From NCBI GenBank assembly GCA_965202585.1, contig OZ241832.1, positions 30,194,001 to 30,258,000 on the forward strand: a DNA stretch of 64,000 nucleotides, in the 5' to 3' direction. This stretch comes from Thalia democratica. Its lineage: Eukaryota. Within the stretch, counting starts at the first letter, position 1, and every line of letters begins with the position of its first letter. The position numbers were made by a program, and so were the translations under genes. This document shows, piece by piece, positions 27,791 to 39,764 of this stretch. The notes below the pieces were generated by a model. It saw only the letters and a list, made by a program, of their open reading frames with translations. It did not search any database and was not told the DNA's origin.

Positions 27791-29030
27791 AATTAAAATT
27801 TCAACAAAAGAGAGATACCTATTATACGTAAAGAATTGGTTCAGAATATCAAAAAACAACATTTTAGTTGAAACTGAAAACATAAGTAAAAGGTTACTAC
27901 AGTGAAATCATTCACCAGAACATATTCGGAAATTTCTTTGAATCAGATTTACGCAGAGAAAATTTTAAGGTCGTAATAAGTACTTATCAGGAATAAATAC
28001 GAAATTTGTCTATGACAATTAAAAAAAAATTACAAGACTTTTATGATGAACTTATAAATACTTCAAACTTTTTTATTTAACTAATTACTCTAACAATTAA
28101 ATATCTACCATTAGAACTTTTTTTATGTGGCCAGAGTTTAAGCCAGAAGAGTATAACAAAAAGATAAAATATTAATGATCAGTTTATTGATGGCATAACA
28201 GCAATACGTGTTCAACAATTGTTACAAAATATAAAATATCAAAGCGGAGAGGTAAGACGTGGAAGGTTGATGGTTTATTACTTTTAATAATTAATCTTTA
28301 GAAAATTCAGATAGCTCAGAAACCGAATGACAAAATAACTTCTCTATGGTGAAACTATAAAAAAGAGTATCAAGACTAAAATAATAACAACATTCATAAT
28401 TTGATGAATTTTTATTGAAATCTTGAAAAGTACTTACAAAACTAATAAAAAACACATTTTTGCTCCAATTGATACTAGATCATTAATAAAGAAAGTCAAT
28501 GAACTGTCCCTTTATGTTAACTTGAGAAGACTTGGCTTAAAAATTTATTTTCAGTTTTTTACATAGATTTATGATTTTTTTGAATGAAGACTTAAAGAAG
28601 TTGCAGTTAAGAATTAAACTGTATTTTAAGAAGTCCAACCTATTTATGGTTTTCAATAGGTTGACATTGTTAATCTCAAACTACAAAAAAAAAAACAAAG
28701 TCAAGCCACTGCATTTAAAACATGCTATAAATTGTCTTAAAACTTACTTGATGCATTTGATTTATAATCCAGAAACACAAGTTAGCAAAAAACTACTAAA
28801 AATAAGACTTTCAGCTAATATTTATGTTTATGATATATTTATTAAATAAATAATTTTATAGCTCAGTTTTTGGCAACAACTAATTTTCCATCAAACTCAA
28901 AATTTTTGGTTGAAAGTTTAAATATTGAAGATATAAATAAGGTAAAAATATCATAAAACTTTAGTTTGTTGTAGCTGTTTTATTGTTCAAAACAATTTAA
29001 TGACTTTGTAACATTTCAAAACTTTTTTAC

Positions 29031-29388
29031 TAAGATTTGGTACTAAATTTACCAACCTCTTCTAAAGTTTTTGAGCCACTGAATATTCTGGGTAAGAGGG
29101 TTTTAGGTACATAAAATACTAAATAAATGTCTCAGGTCCAATTTTAGTTAAGAAAGGGATGGTACCTAATTTACCAACCTCTTCAAAAGTCTTTTAGCCA
29201 CTGAACACTTTAGGTAAGGCGGTCTAGGTCCATCAAACAGTAAAATAAATGTCTCAGGTCCAATTTCGTTTAAGAAAGGTTTGGTACCAAATTTACCAAC
29301 CTCTTCTAAAGTTTTTGAGCCACTGAATATTCTGGGTAAGAGGGTTTTAGGTATATCAAATAGTAAAATAAATGTTTCAGGTCCAATT
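29031..29388 (+). repeat. 123/122-bp tandem repeat array (~3 units)
   Basis: Anchors at 29150 and 29272; carries the same 122-bp variant unit (aacactttaggtaaggcggtctaggtcc) as 20904-21025. Confidence 0.9.
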
Positions 29389-29559
29389 GTTGTTAGAGTT
29401 AGAAAAACGTATGCCAACAAACCTACGCTTCATGATGTCTTTTAATGTTGTTTAGTTGATTTGTGTTTAATGAGCTAAATATATTATGATAAAAAAAACA
29501 TATACAGGCTGAAAACTGCATGTAATGTCAAAAATAAATGTAATGTAATTATTAAAAGG

Positions 29560-30770
29560 CTTTAAGGGAGCCACAACCGTACATAGAGGATTTTCTGGAG
29601 TTGCCTAATGTAAAATCTTTGTACTATTCTGACCACAAGCATGTTATAATAGATCAATACAAAGGGTTGATGACTTATGACAGTATGATTGGTTAGTTTA
29701 ATTGACATTTTAAAAAGATAGACCAAACTGTTGAATAAAGTCAACTGTTACTTTGTTATACCTGTCATAAGATATTTATCATCCCTGTCAACTTTTTGCT
29801 TATGTAAACTCAGAAATCAAGATTGTACAATAAATATTTTTAGTAAAATAACAATACTTAGTTGACAGTAAGGATTTTTTTTGTTGTTTTAGTTGTTTGC
29901 TTTAAAAATTTCTTCTTTAGATAAGGCTAATAAAGTAGGACAAATGACATCAACAATGACACCAACACTCATGTGGAAAACTTGCCTCACAAAATAGAAA
30001 ATAATGTTTTCGAAAACAAAAGATACAGTTTCAAATTTTTTGTTGAAATACTATAAATAAATTTAAACGGGTGACATATTGATTTAAAAAATATTTTATC
30101 TATGCAAAACGTTTGTATGGACAAAATTAAGGGGGATCTAAGAAAATTAAATGACAGCAGTTCGTCTTTAGCTGCAGAGATGTGGTCTAAGAAGAGAGCT
30201 GCGAGCCTCGTTCTCTCAAATAAATATTAAATTAAACATGTTTCACCTTTAAGTAAATCACGTTTAAGTGACGATAAATCTTAAGTAATTTCACTAGTCC
30301 TTACATAAGACCATAACTACTTTGTATCGAAATACTGTTTATTTTTACATTCTTGATCATATTATGATAAACCAGCTAAGCAAATTATAAAAGGTTAAAA
30401 GATATCTAAAATATCTTTGACACATTAAAAGGAGATCATTGGCTTAATGGGGATGTAGTAAATGGATATTTCGAAATAATTCGACAACAGAGCAAAAATA
30501 ATTTTGATGGAACAAAGCTCATCAAATCTCAATGGTTTTAAACAATGTAACACTGTAAAAGAATTTTAAGAATTAAACTTTATCTTAAACTCTACCACAA
30601 GCGACTTAACACAATGGAATTTAGAAAATGCTGCTGACACACCTCAACAACCAGTTGGTCATAATTGTGGAGTTAATGTTTGCCAAAATGCAAAATGTAT
30701 TTCAAGGAGAGAGAAATTTGCAATCTGTCCATCTGATCTTCCAGCTATGAGAAAAGAGATGCAAATTAAA
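29560..30770 (+). repeat. Duplicate of ~11110-12400, including Ulp1-like relic copy 3 (30400-30770)
   Basis: Collinear match; the protease end reads AADTPQQPVGHNCGVNVCQNAKCISR...DLPAMRKEM. Confidence 0.8.
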
Positions 30771-31288
30771 CAATTGAATATAAATAAAATAAGAATATTA
30801 AAAATTTATTTGAAAGATACTAGCTACTAAAAATTTCTTAGTAAAAAATGAAAACTATTCTACAAGCAACAAGGCAAAAGCTTTAGACATTAAATTGACA
30901 AGGATTTTCTCAAATAACCAACATTTAGAACATTTCTTCAAATAACACGCAAGACCAACTTAAAGAACAATTATTAATATCAATAGTTGAACTTGCGAGT
31001 TTGATGAGCACGGATGACCTGTCAGGTATTCATTTTATTCAGTTTCATATTCATTATTGAAATTAAAGAAAAATTTCCAGAAGGTATTTCAACAAATGAT
31101 TCTAAAAAATTATTGTTGAAAATTAATCAATCTTTTTAATAATTTATATAACAAAAATATTCAAAAATATTGAAAATTTAATTGACTTAGATTTTTCTAA
31201 AGATTATTTAGTTTTCCCTCACAGGGACTCAACAAATAGTTCACCTAGTACACATGTTGATGTTGTCTCAGGTTTAATAAAATTGGTT

Positions 31289-31560
31289 AAGAAAGGTTTG
31301 GTACCAAATTTATTAGCCTCTTCTAAAGTTTTTGAGCCACTGAATATTCTGGGTAAGAGGATTTTAAGTACATCAAATAGTAAAATAAATGTCTCAGGTC
31401 CAATTTCGTTTAAGAAAGGTTTGGTACCAAATTTACCAACCTCTTATAAAGTTTTTGAGCCACAGAATATTCTGGGTAAAGGGTTTTAGGTACATCAAAT
31501 AGTAAAATAAATGTCTCAGGTTCAACTTTGGTTTAAGAAAAGGTTGGTACCTAATTTGGT
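31289..31560 (+). repeat. 123-bp tandem repeat array (~2.2 units)
   Basis: Anchors at 31289, 31412, 31535; ORF 31283-31489 reads through the units; the upstream flank 31080-31288 matches 20575-20780. Confidence 0.9.
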
Positions 31561-32415
31561 GGCTGACTCTACTGAAGTAAGTATATGTGGGCCACTGTGT
31601 TTTCTTAAAAGAATCTTTTTATTTCTTATTTTTATTTATTATATATAAGACTAATATTGACAAAAAGCTGTTGTCTGACAGCTTAAAAGAAATTATAAAT
31701 TGAGTTATAATTAGCTTTTACCGTCAAACCATCTGCAACATACAGTGAAAATAAAAATTAAGTTATCCAATCGATTATTTTTGGTTAGATCACATACCCC
31801 TTTGGGAGGTCTTTTAAGAATCCTTGACATTGTAAACCAGTTTGAATGCTGTGTTCTGAGTGGTGTTGTAATAAAAAAGGAGTCTCATTGCTCTTTCAGC
31901 ACTTGCCTGTGAGCTTTTATAAAAACTATAGGGATATCTCCGCATATACTCTGTATTGAGCTAGTGGCTCGGGGAAAAGGCCACTAGCTCCATACTTCTG
32001 GGTAAAAAAATATTTGCAGTTGATGATAACAAATACAATTTTGATGAAAACTTGCTTCCACTAAGTGTCACGGAACAGGGATTAAGTATGCCAATAAGAT
32101 TGACAATATTTTTAATCACAACAAATGTTTATGATCCGTTTGATAAAATGGCATCAACGAAAGATACAATAACAAGGAGATATTTTAATTTCCTTTAACA
32201 AACAATACTACCCAAATGTTTCCTTTTTCAATTAAAAAAAGCAAAATGTTTTACTCTACCTTCTTTTTCAATATGTTGCAAATAAAAATCCTTTTAACTT
32301 TAATTTTGGTCTTGATGCTAATAACCAGAAAAGAAACAATATTGAAAAAAGAAATGAAAAAAAGTCACATATAGTTAGCTAGTATGCTGTAAGTAAACTA
32401 GATAAAAACTTTGAT

Positions 32416-32760
32416 ATGGAAGAAACACCTGAGTTTTTAAAAGAAGGTTTTGATGATGAACGTTTAGTTTTGGTTTTAGAAAGTTATAAATCAAAAGAAA
32501 ACCATTTCCAATGTAACATATCCACGAAAGAGCGTGGAAAATCAAGAAAAAGCAATATCCGACCAATGGGGGCTTACAATGACATTGAAAGATTAGTAGA
32601 TAGAAATGGTGAAGTGATGAATTATGAACACCACACGGTTAATCATAAAGTAGGCTTTGTTAACTTCGAAAACGGTGGATACACACCCAAACAAAAATTA
32701 AATTAAGTCAGGATAGTTTGGCTCAGCAAATGAAACGTTATTATGCAAGTGTGGCAGCAG
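32416..32760 (+). pseudogene. Divergent Merlin/ISXO2 transposase fragment
   Basis: AYNDIERL...YEHHTVNHKVGFVNFENGGYT matches AY..L....Y.H.TVNHS..FV.P.TG.HT. Confidence 0.7.
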
Positions 32761-33840
32761 TTTGACAAACAGGATTTTCTTATTGACCAGTTGCACTTAA
32801 AAGCCTCAATAAAAAGTAAAATAAAACTTGCTAAGTGGCTGTAGTGCCTTCATGCTGTTTAACTTTCTGTGCCATCAGAGGAGTTGCAGCTTTCTTTGTT
32901 GCAATTTCGGATAAAAAAAAGGAATAGAAGAATAAAATAATTTTTTTAACGGAATTGACCGAGATATCCTGAAAAACTAGTTAGTAATTAATTTATCTTA
33001 ATGTTTTTGTAAAACAAACTTAAACAAGAGCATTTACTTTGTAGGTCCAATTTATGTGCCATAACAAACCACATGAAAGTAGATATTAACCTAAAACATT
33101 AGCAAAGAGGAATAGTAAAGGAGTTATTAGGGAGATAAACCGTTGGGACATCTATTTTCTATGTTAAAAACAAAAAAAAAGTTTACATCTAATGTATGTT
33201 GACTTAGTTAAAATCTCTTTTTAGTAAGTAATTAGTATGTAGTTTAATATGGGTTTATCAATTATAAATTTTCCATAAATAAAAAGGTCATTTATGGTTC
33301 CTTTTTGACAATTTTAATATTAAAAAGGCTAATGATATACTGCTTGTGAAGGATTCCAATCAAAGAATACAATTAGAAAAACTGTATATAGGAGAGAAAG
33401 TAGAGCTTAGTTTCCTATTTTTTTCAAAACACTAAATAATCTTAGTACGAATTTTATCTACAAAATAAAAAAGTACAAGTAAAGAAGTAGTACATTAGTT
33501 AATGCAGAGTAAAAAACCTTTTACTGATGCTCAAGATATAAAAGTGTTGGTCTTTAAAAATGTTTAACCTTTTTTGGTAGAAATGCAAATAAAAACTGAC
33601 ACAACTCCTATGTCTGACTCCACAACAGCTAGAAGTTAATGCTTGTGAAGATAGTTTTGTAAATATACCTGGGAATTCTACTTTACAGCAAATTAAACAT
33701 TTACACACTAAACATGAAAAGTTGGATCTTGACCCACTACTTGAAATTATTAAATTTAGAGAAAAACAACTATCCAAAAAGATCAATTACATAAGAGAAA
33801 TTTCATATTTCCCTTAAAGAATTTAACTTATCAAGAAGCT

Positions 33841-34080
33841 TTGGATATTATTAATACAGAAATGATAAATAGCAATTTTATAAGTTTTCATGTTGACTGT
33901 ACTGGTAGTTTAACCAACAAATATAAAGATAAGTCACCATTTTACTACTCCATTTGTTTACCAAGAATAAAAATTCTCAATTCAAACGACAGTGCTCTGA
34001 CTGTTACTGTTGCTGATGCGATTTTAACCGATTATACCACACCCTCTATTGAAACTTTTCTAGGTAAGTTTCTTCAATAG
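33841..34080 (+). pseudogene. Probable MULE-like DDE transposase relic (HVDCTGS region)
   Basis: SFHVDCTGSL...KSPFYYSI...TVADAILTDYTTPSIETFLGKF has the beta-strand-Asp / YY / VA..L....I..FL..F layout recalled from Mutator-like transposases. Confidence 0.4.
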
Positions 34081-36703
34081 CTATATAAATATACCAATAA
34101 GTCACATCAAGTCAAAAAGGTCAAGTGTAATTTTTATGGGGTTTCAATAATTTGACAATGGAAACTTTTTATAATGTGAAACTAAAACCTTTATTCAGCG
34201 GTCCTTTTATATAGTAATGAATTTAAACGATGTATTAAGTTTTTCATATTTTACAGTAACTCATTTGTATGCAGCACACATAATTAGAGCCATAAATAAT
34301 AATTCATCTAAAAATAAGTATAAGTAAAAAAGTTTAAAAAAGTTTCTAACTAGCTTTGCCCGTCTTCAAAATTGTAATGACTTAAAGTAGAGCAAAAAAA
34401 TGTATTTTATCATTCACTAATAGTTTTTTATCTGGGTATCAAGGTGAAAATTTTAAAAAGAGTCAAAAATAATAAATAACAGCAAAATTTATTTTGATGG
34501 AATAAAGATCATTTTAATGGTTTAGTAGACTCCAGATTAGTAGAAAGTAGACTCCAGAATAAATTGAAAAATGGCGTGTATGGAGCTTGAAAAGATAAAC
34601 TATAAAATTAGATGGGACCTGAATAGACTACAAGCTTTTAATTTGCAAGTTTCATACTGAATCTGGATCAAACCTACAACAAGTTGTATCAAATTCTGAG
34701 TGCAAAAAAGGATTTGGATCAAAGGTGGGTTGCGCAGTTTTCCTAGCTTATTAGAAGTAACCAAAAAATAAAAAGATAGCCAAAACACAACAATCACATA
34801 TAGTTATAGAAAACAAAAGAAGCTGTAATTCTGAGAATTTCTGGTGAAAAAAAAATCTTTTGTCCAGTTTTCATATTTTATTTCAACAAGCAGTAGGCTC
34901 CAATAATTCCACTGTGGACAGCAATTTTGCTTAGCTTCTTGCCCAGTGAAAAGACTTTTCAGGATGGTCAAGCCGTGGAAACCCATTTAGTACGCTAAAC
35001 ATTTATTGAGAAATGACAAAAATGGCATAAAACTTACAAACTTTAAAAAACACAATTTGGTACAGACAAGAATTCTGAATGATATTCTACTTAAGGTGGA
35101 CAATTGAACTCATTAAAAGAAATAGATGTATGTTTTCAATGTGGAAAAAAAGTTTTGACAAGGAAGAAAAAATAATAAATTACATCTGGGTATATAATTT
35201 AGTATTTTTTTATAAATGATTTTTTACAATAATTTAATATTCTCTGCTAATAAAAAGAATGCAGACGTTGGTTCCACACTGACTCCTTTTAGTTAAAAAA
35301 TAAACGAAGAATAACATGGGATTCGTCCAACGTGAAGATAAATTTTCAATAGTAGACTAGTACTTCTTTTAAGAAAAAAACTAGATACTGGTGGGGTTGT
35401 TTTGATAATGGATAAGGAATCAAGCAAGGCTATCTTAGTTTGCTGTGTAAAAGATCTAAAAAATAACTTATAACTAACTGGCATGTCTTTTTATTACATA
35501 TATTTAGACAAGTACGTATAATTTAAAGTTAGATAGTTTAGTAACTATTGATTCTGTATGCAGTGTATGTCAAAAAGATTTTGAGCCTCCAAAAACTAAT
35601 TCCACTTGTTTTGACAACAAACAGAAATATTCCATTTAATATCTGAACATGTGGAATATCTGAACATGAGTTTAGTTTATATGTTAATAATAAAAATCAC
35701 TTTTATTCTATAGACTGTGTAAATAACTTAGGATTAATTAATGTTGGGAGTGATGATTTCTGCAAATGTTGTAATTTTTTTTTTCTAATTTAGATGATTG
35801 TTTGTTATGTGAAGGCTGCTTTAAATGGATACATCTTAAATATTCCTAAGCATCAATTAAAAGGTTTGCAGAAATGTGAAAAAATTATTTATCCTTTTTT
35901 TGTAAAACCATAGAACTAAAAATACCTGTATGTTTTAAATGTATTTTGTGTTGAAAAAACATCTAAATATTATTTAACCTGTTTTTTTTGCTTCCAAAAA
36001 TGTCATTTTGAGTGTTCTCCTGAAAATGAAATGAAACTAAGCCTATACAAAAAATGGGATAACAAGTTTTTTTGTGATATATTTAATGAGTCTGTTTTTC
36101 CCTTTCAGAATATTGTTACTTTGCTTATGATTGTTTTTATGAATCTGTTAAGCCTTTTCTGAAATAAACAAACAGATATAGTTAGATTTGTATAGTGTAT
36201 AAATTAGCAAAAAAATTGTATTAGTATTGTTTTTGTGAATATAAGAAGCTTGAATGCAAATATTTATAAAAATGAGGAATTTTTGAGTGTAGTTGAGGGG
36301 TTGCCTGATGTGATTTGTGTGTGTCAAACGTGGCTAAATGAACTGGTACAAGTACAAAATTTCATTTCATAATGTTTTATAAGAGAAATCAATGCTCACC
36401 TTTTTTCTCGTGCAATGAAAATGTTTTCTTTTAACAGAGCAAATGATCTAGTTGGTGACATCTTATTTAAAGATGGAAGAGTCATATTAATATTACAAAT
36501 CATTGACACATTTTATTGTTGTATTCATGTTGAAAAAAACGTTTCCCACAAACTTAAAAGTAATCCTAACTTAATTTTTTTGCAAAGTAGTTTGACTTAA
36601 TACAAAACCATAGAAGAATTAAATGATAAATATGCTTTCATAATAAGCTCTGAATATTATATTAATAGTAATAAAAATATTCAAGATTATGTAAAAAAGA
36701 TGT

Positions 36704-37176
36704 TGTAATGAATACGTGCATTATTCATTATTCAAAGTTGAGCTCAGAGAATATTTTGAGTTTGACACGCTTCATTGCACTAGCCAATGAGAATCATCTG
36801 ACGTGTTTCAAACTAATTCTGATGCAACTAAATATGAGAAAATGACAGTCAGTGTATTTGTAAGCAGTTGGTGAGTTGGTGTGCAGCTGGAACTACCTTG
36901 TATTGATTTGTGATTGTGTATTGTAAGTATTGTTTTGTGTTAAAAGTGAATATTTTAACTGGTATTTAATTGTTTTAATATTTAAGCCAGGTTTATAGTT
37001 AATAGTTTATTCTTTTACAGTTTCTTCTTTACTAAAAGTTTTACTTAATTTTTAGTTTATTGTTTAAAGTCTTTTAAAGAGATTTAAATAGATTGTAATT
37101 TCTAAAAAGTTTGTCATAGTAATTTATAGTTTTGTATATGCTATTATTTCTTGTTGTGTTTTATATAAAAGATTCA
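36704..37176 (+). repeat. 5' LTR, first 473 bp (interrupted)
   Basis: No mismatch found by eye versus 42277-42749. Confidence 0.97.
36784..37170 (+). promoter_or_regulatory. Candidate LTR transcription signals: CCAAT (36784), TCAGT initiator-like (~36849), GTAAGT...TTTTACAG possible intron (36923-37020), TATATAAAA (37162-37170)
   Basis: Motifs are read directly. TATATAAAA could be either a TATA box or a variant poly(A) signal; function is inferred from LTR context only. Confidence 0.4.
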
Positions 37177-39764
37177 GCGTCCTGCGCGGGGCCCGAGGTT
37201 TAGAGATGTGACAGCTCCTATGTTAGAGAAATTGAATGATAGTCTATTTACCTACTATAACTGTTTAACTGGCTTTTTTGATAACAGAGTTCCTAATGAG
37301 CTTGACATTCGCTCTGTGGCTGATTATAGTGCAGATGTGCAAAAGGAAGTTAACAGGAGGGCTAGTTCTCGAATTATTGACCAGTTTAATACAGAGAGAG
37401 CTGCTATGGGGTTGAGACCGCTGACTGTTGAATATCTAGAAATAGCGAATCTCAAGGGTATGGATAATTTCAATCTACCAGGCAAGCAGATAAATGATCT
37501 TGTGGCTGATAACTTTAAGATCAAAGACGTTGAGATCGTTAGAGCCGACGTTTATCGTGACGGAGGTATGAGGAAAACTAGTTTATTTAAGGCTAGCACA
37601 GTTCATGGTAAAGATCCACTCAAAGAGGTGATCGAATTAGGGACAGTGTCTGAATTATTAAAGCAAGATGAGCTAAAGGTGATTCATCATAATGATAACC
37701 CTCTGGTATTCTTGGTTCATAAAGATTATTTAAAAGTGGGTGATGGCCAGGAGGAAGATGATCCTGAGGTTGCTAAGGGTATCTCTGTGACATGGTGGAG
37801 AGAGTTAGCGCCATTTCTGTTAGAGTTAAAGGATATTAAATTGACGAGTGACGAAAAGAAGTTATTTGATTTGTCAGATAAGGTTCCTTTGAGGCCATAT
37901 ACTTATAAGTTGATGAGGGAGAAGATAGGATGGAATCCAAGATTATTATTGCGAGATTATCCTTACGAGAACAGGAAAAGTTATATGTCATTCGGAAAAG
38001 GTATTGATTCTACATCCGATATATGGAGATTGAATTTCTCCGGTGAGTCAGCGAGGTTACCTAATGTAATTCTGTCAGATGTTCCTACAGACGTCGATGT
38101 TATGGATGAGTTTGAGGTCGAGTCTGACGAATCTGGGTTAGCTATTCAGAAAGCATATAGAGACGATAAGAGGCGTGACTCTGATTTAGTTGGTGTACTT
38201 AATGAAGACGAACTCCAATACTTCAAATCTTCCAATTACAAGCTGAATTTAAGAAGAACGTTGATAAAACGTTTACCGGAGGAGCAATCTGTTTATGGAA
38301 TGATGAAGTTAGAGGATAGGTTAAGGCATGTTGCGATAGTAGCTAGAAGGGATTTTTCTAAAGTTGGACCTGTGGTCCCTGTCCTTCTTAAATTGTTGGG
38401 CATCGCCTATCATGAGGTCGGGAAGAAAGGTTGGTTTAATACTGCAATCAGAAGAGCGGGTGATATGTCTATTATAGTTAATGACTGCTTATTGTTTCAT
38501 AAGACGGTTTCAGTCGTTTTAAATGCGATAGAGTTATATATCTGTTTTTCGTCTATTAAAAGGAGTGATTGGGCGGACAGGTTACTATTACTTTCGACTC
38601 TTTTTCTAATGGCTGATCCTATAATTAACACTGCTAAGCTGAAGAAGATCTTGACGGTTGGGAAACAGGGCTGTTTTTTAAGAGGTAGGAAAGCTGATGG
38701 AGTGCTATACCACAAATCTGATATGAAGGATTTTAATGTCAACATAAATATTGAAAGAGTTCTGAAGGGGGATGCGAAGATGCCTATCCTGCTTTATAAC
38801 AGATATCTTGATGAGGAAGTGTTGAAATTGCGAGAATCTTATGTTGCGGGTCCCAAATGGCAGAAAAAATTAACTGACGGGCTGCTAGATCTAATGATGG
38901 ATATTGTCAATGAGGATGGCTTAGCATGCAACATGTGGAAGTACACTTTTTTGACTTCTGTCAATAGACTGTCGGGATTCGTAGCTTCGGATCAGTTGTC
39001 AGCTTATTTAGTTGCTAGTGATAAAGCGTATAGAATAGTTCCTCCAGAGTCCTTTAAAAACAGATTATCTGAGACGTTTTATTCGGAGGCATTAAATGCA
39101 TTCAAGGCCTTTCCCCCTGAGGATACTCCAAAGACGAAGGTGATAACTGATGAAGCGAGAAGAACAGCCTCTGCTTGGGAAGAAAGACAATCTGTAACTG
39201 TTAAGAAAAAAGCTCCTAGGATTCAGAAGGGGAAGTTGATTTTAGTAGACCAGAAAGTAGAGTTGAATACAGGAAAGAAAAATATCGCTCAAATGACCGC
39301 AAATAAGATGTTAAATGTTGATGTGATTGCCAATATAAATCCAAGGATTTCTTCGGGTTCGAGAATTGTTCCAGGTGGAAAGGAAAAAAGAACGGTCTAT
39401 CCAGTTCCCTTCTGGTTTCAGGTGATTGAGTCTATTGGTAATCAAAGCTTTAATAGATATGTGAATCAAAGATTAAAAAGAGATGGTATTAATAGAAGCT
39501 ATGGGCAAGGGAAAGATTCAGCTCTTCCCCACGAAATTATAGGAGCTATTTTTTATGCTACAACACGGAACGTTCATATGATAGGGTTCGATGTGACGGG
39601 ATTTGATATCTCTCAGACTCCTTATAAGCTGTTAATTAAGAGAGCGTTTAGACAGGCAATTAAGGACTATTTCGAGGGTATCCCTAACGTTATAAGTAAT
39701 AAGAAGTTGAAAGATTTGACTCACGTAGAGACCATGTATATGGCATTTCAAGACAATTTTCAAG
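37177..39764 (+). other. Endogenous viral element: 5'- and 3'-truncated reovirus-like (Sedoreoviridae-type) RNA-dependent RNA polymerase coding sequence, 2,588 bp
   Basis: Motif F SSGSRIVPGGKEKRTVYPVP (~39350-39410; compare recalled orbivirus GSRDVPIKATRTIY and rotavirus GRRDVPGRRTRIIF). Motif A IGFDVTGFDISQ (~39581-39616; compare rotavirus YTDVSQWDSSQ). Intronless, GC-richer than flanks, ends before motifs B and C. Confidence 0.85.

Noticed and set aside
31958-31990. Perfect 11-bp stem hairpin (gagctagtggc / gccactagctc) as a Helitron 3' end
   Set aside because: No convincing CTRR|T terminus or TC 5' end, and no second copy in the window.
37208-37219. GTG start used by the ORF track
   Set aside because: The context is eukaryotic and the frame is open further upstream to 37169, so GTG is an internal viral codon; the first ATG is at 37220.
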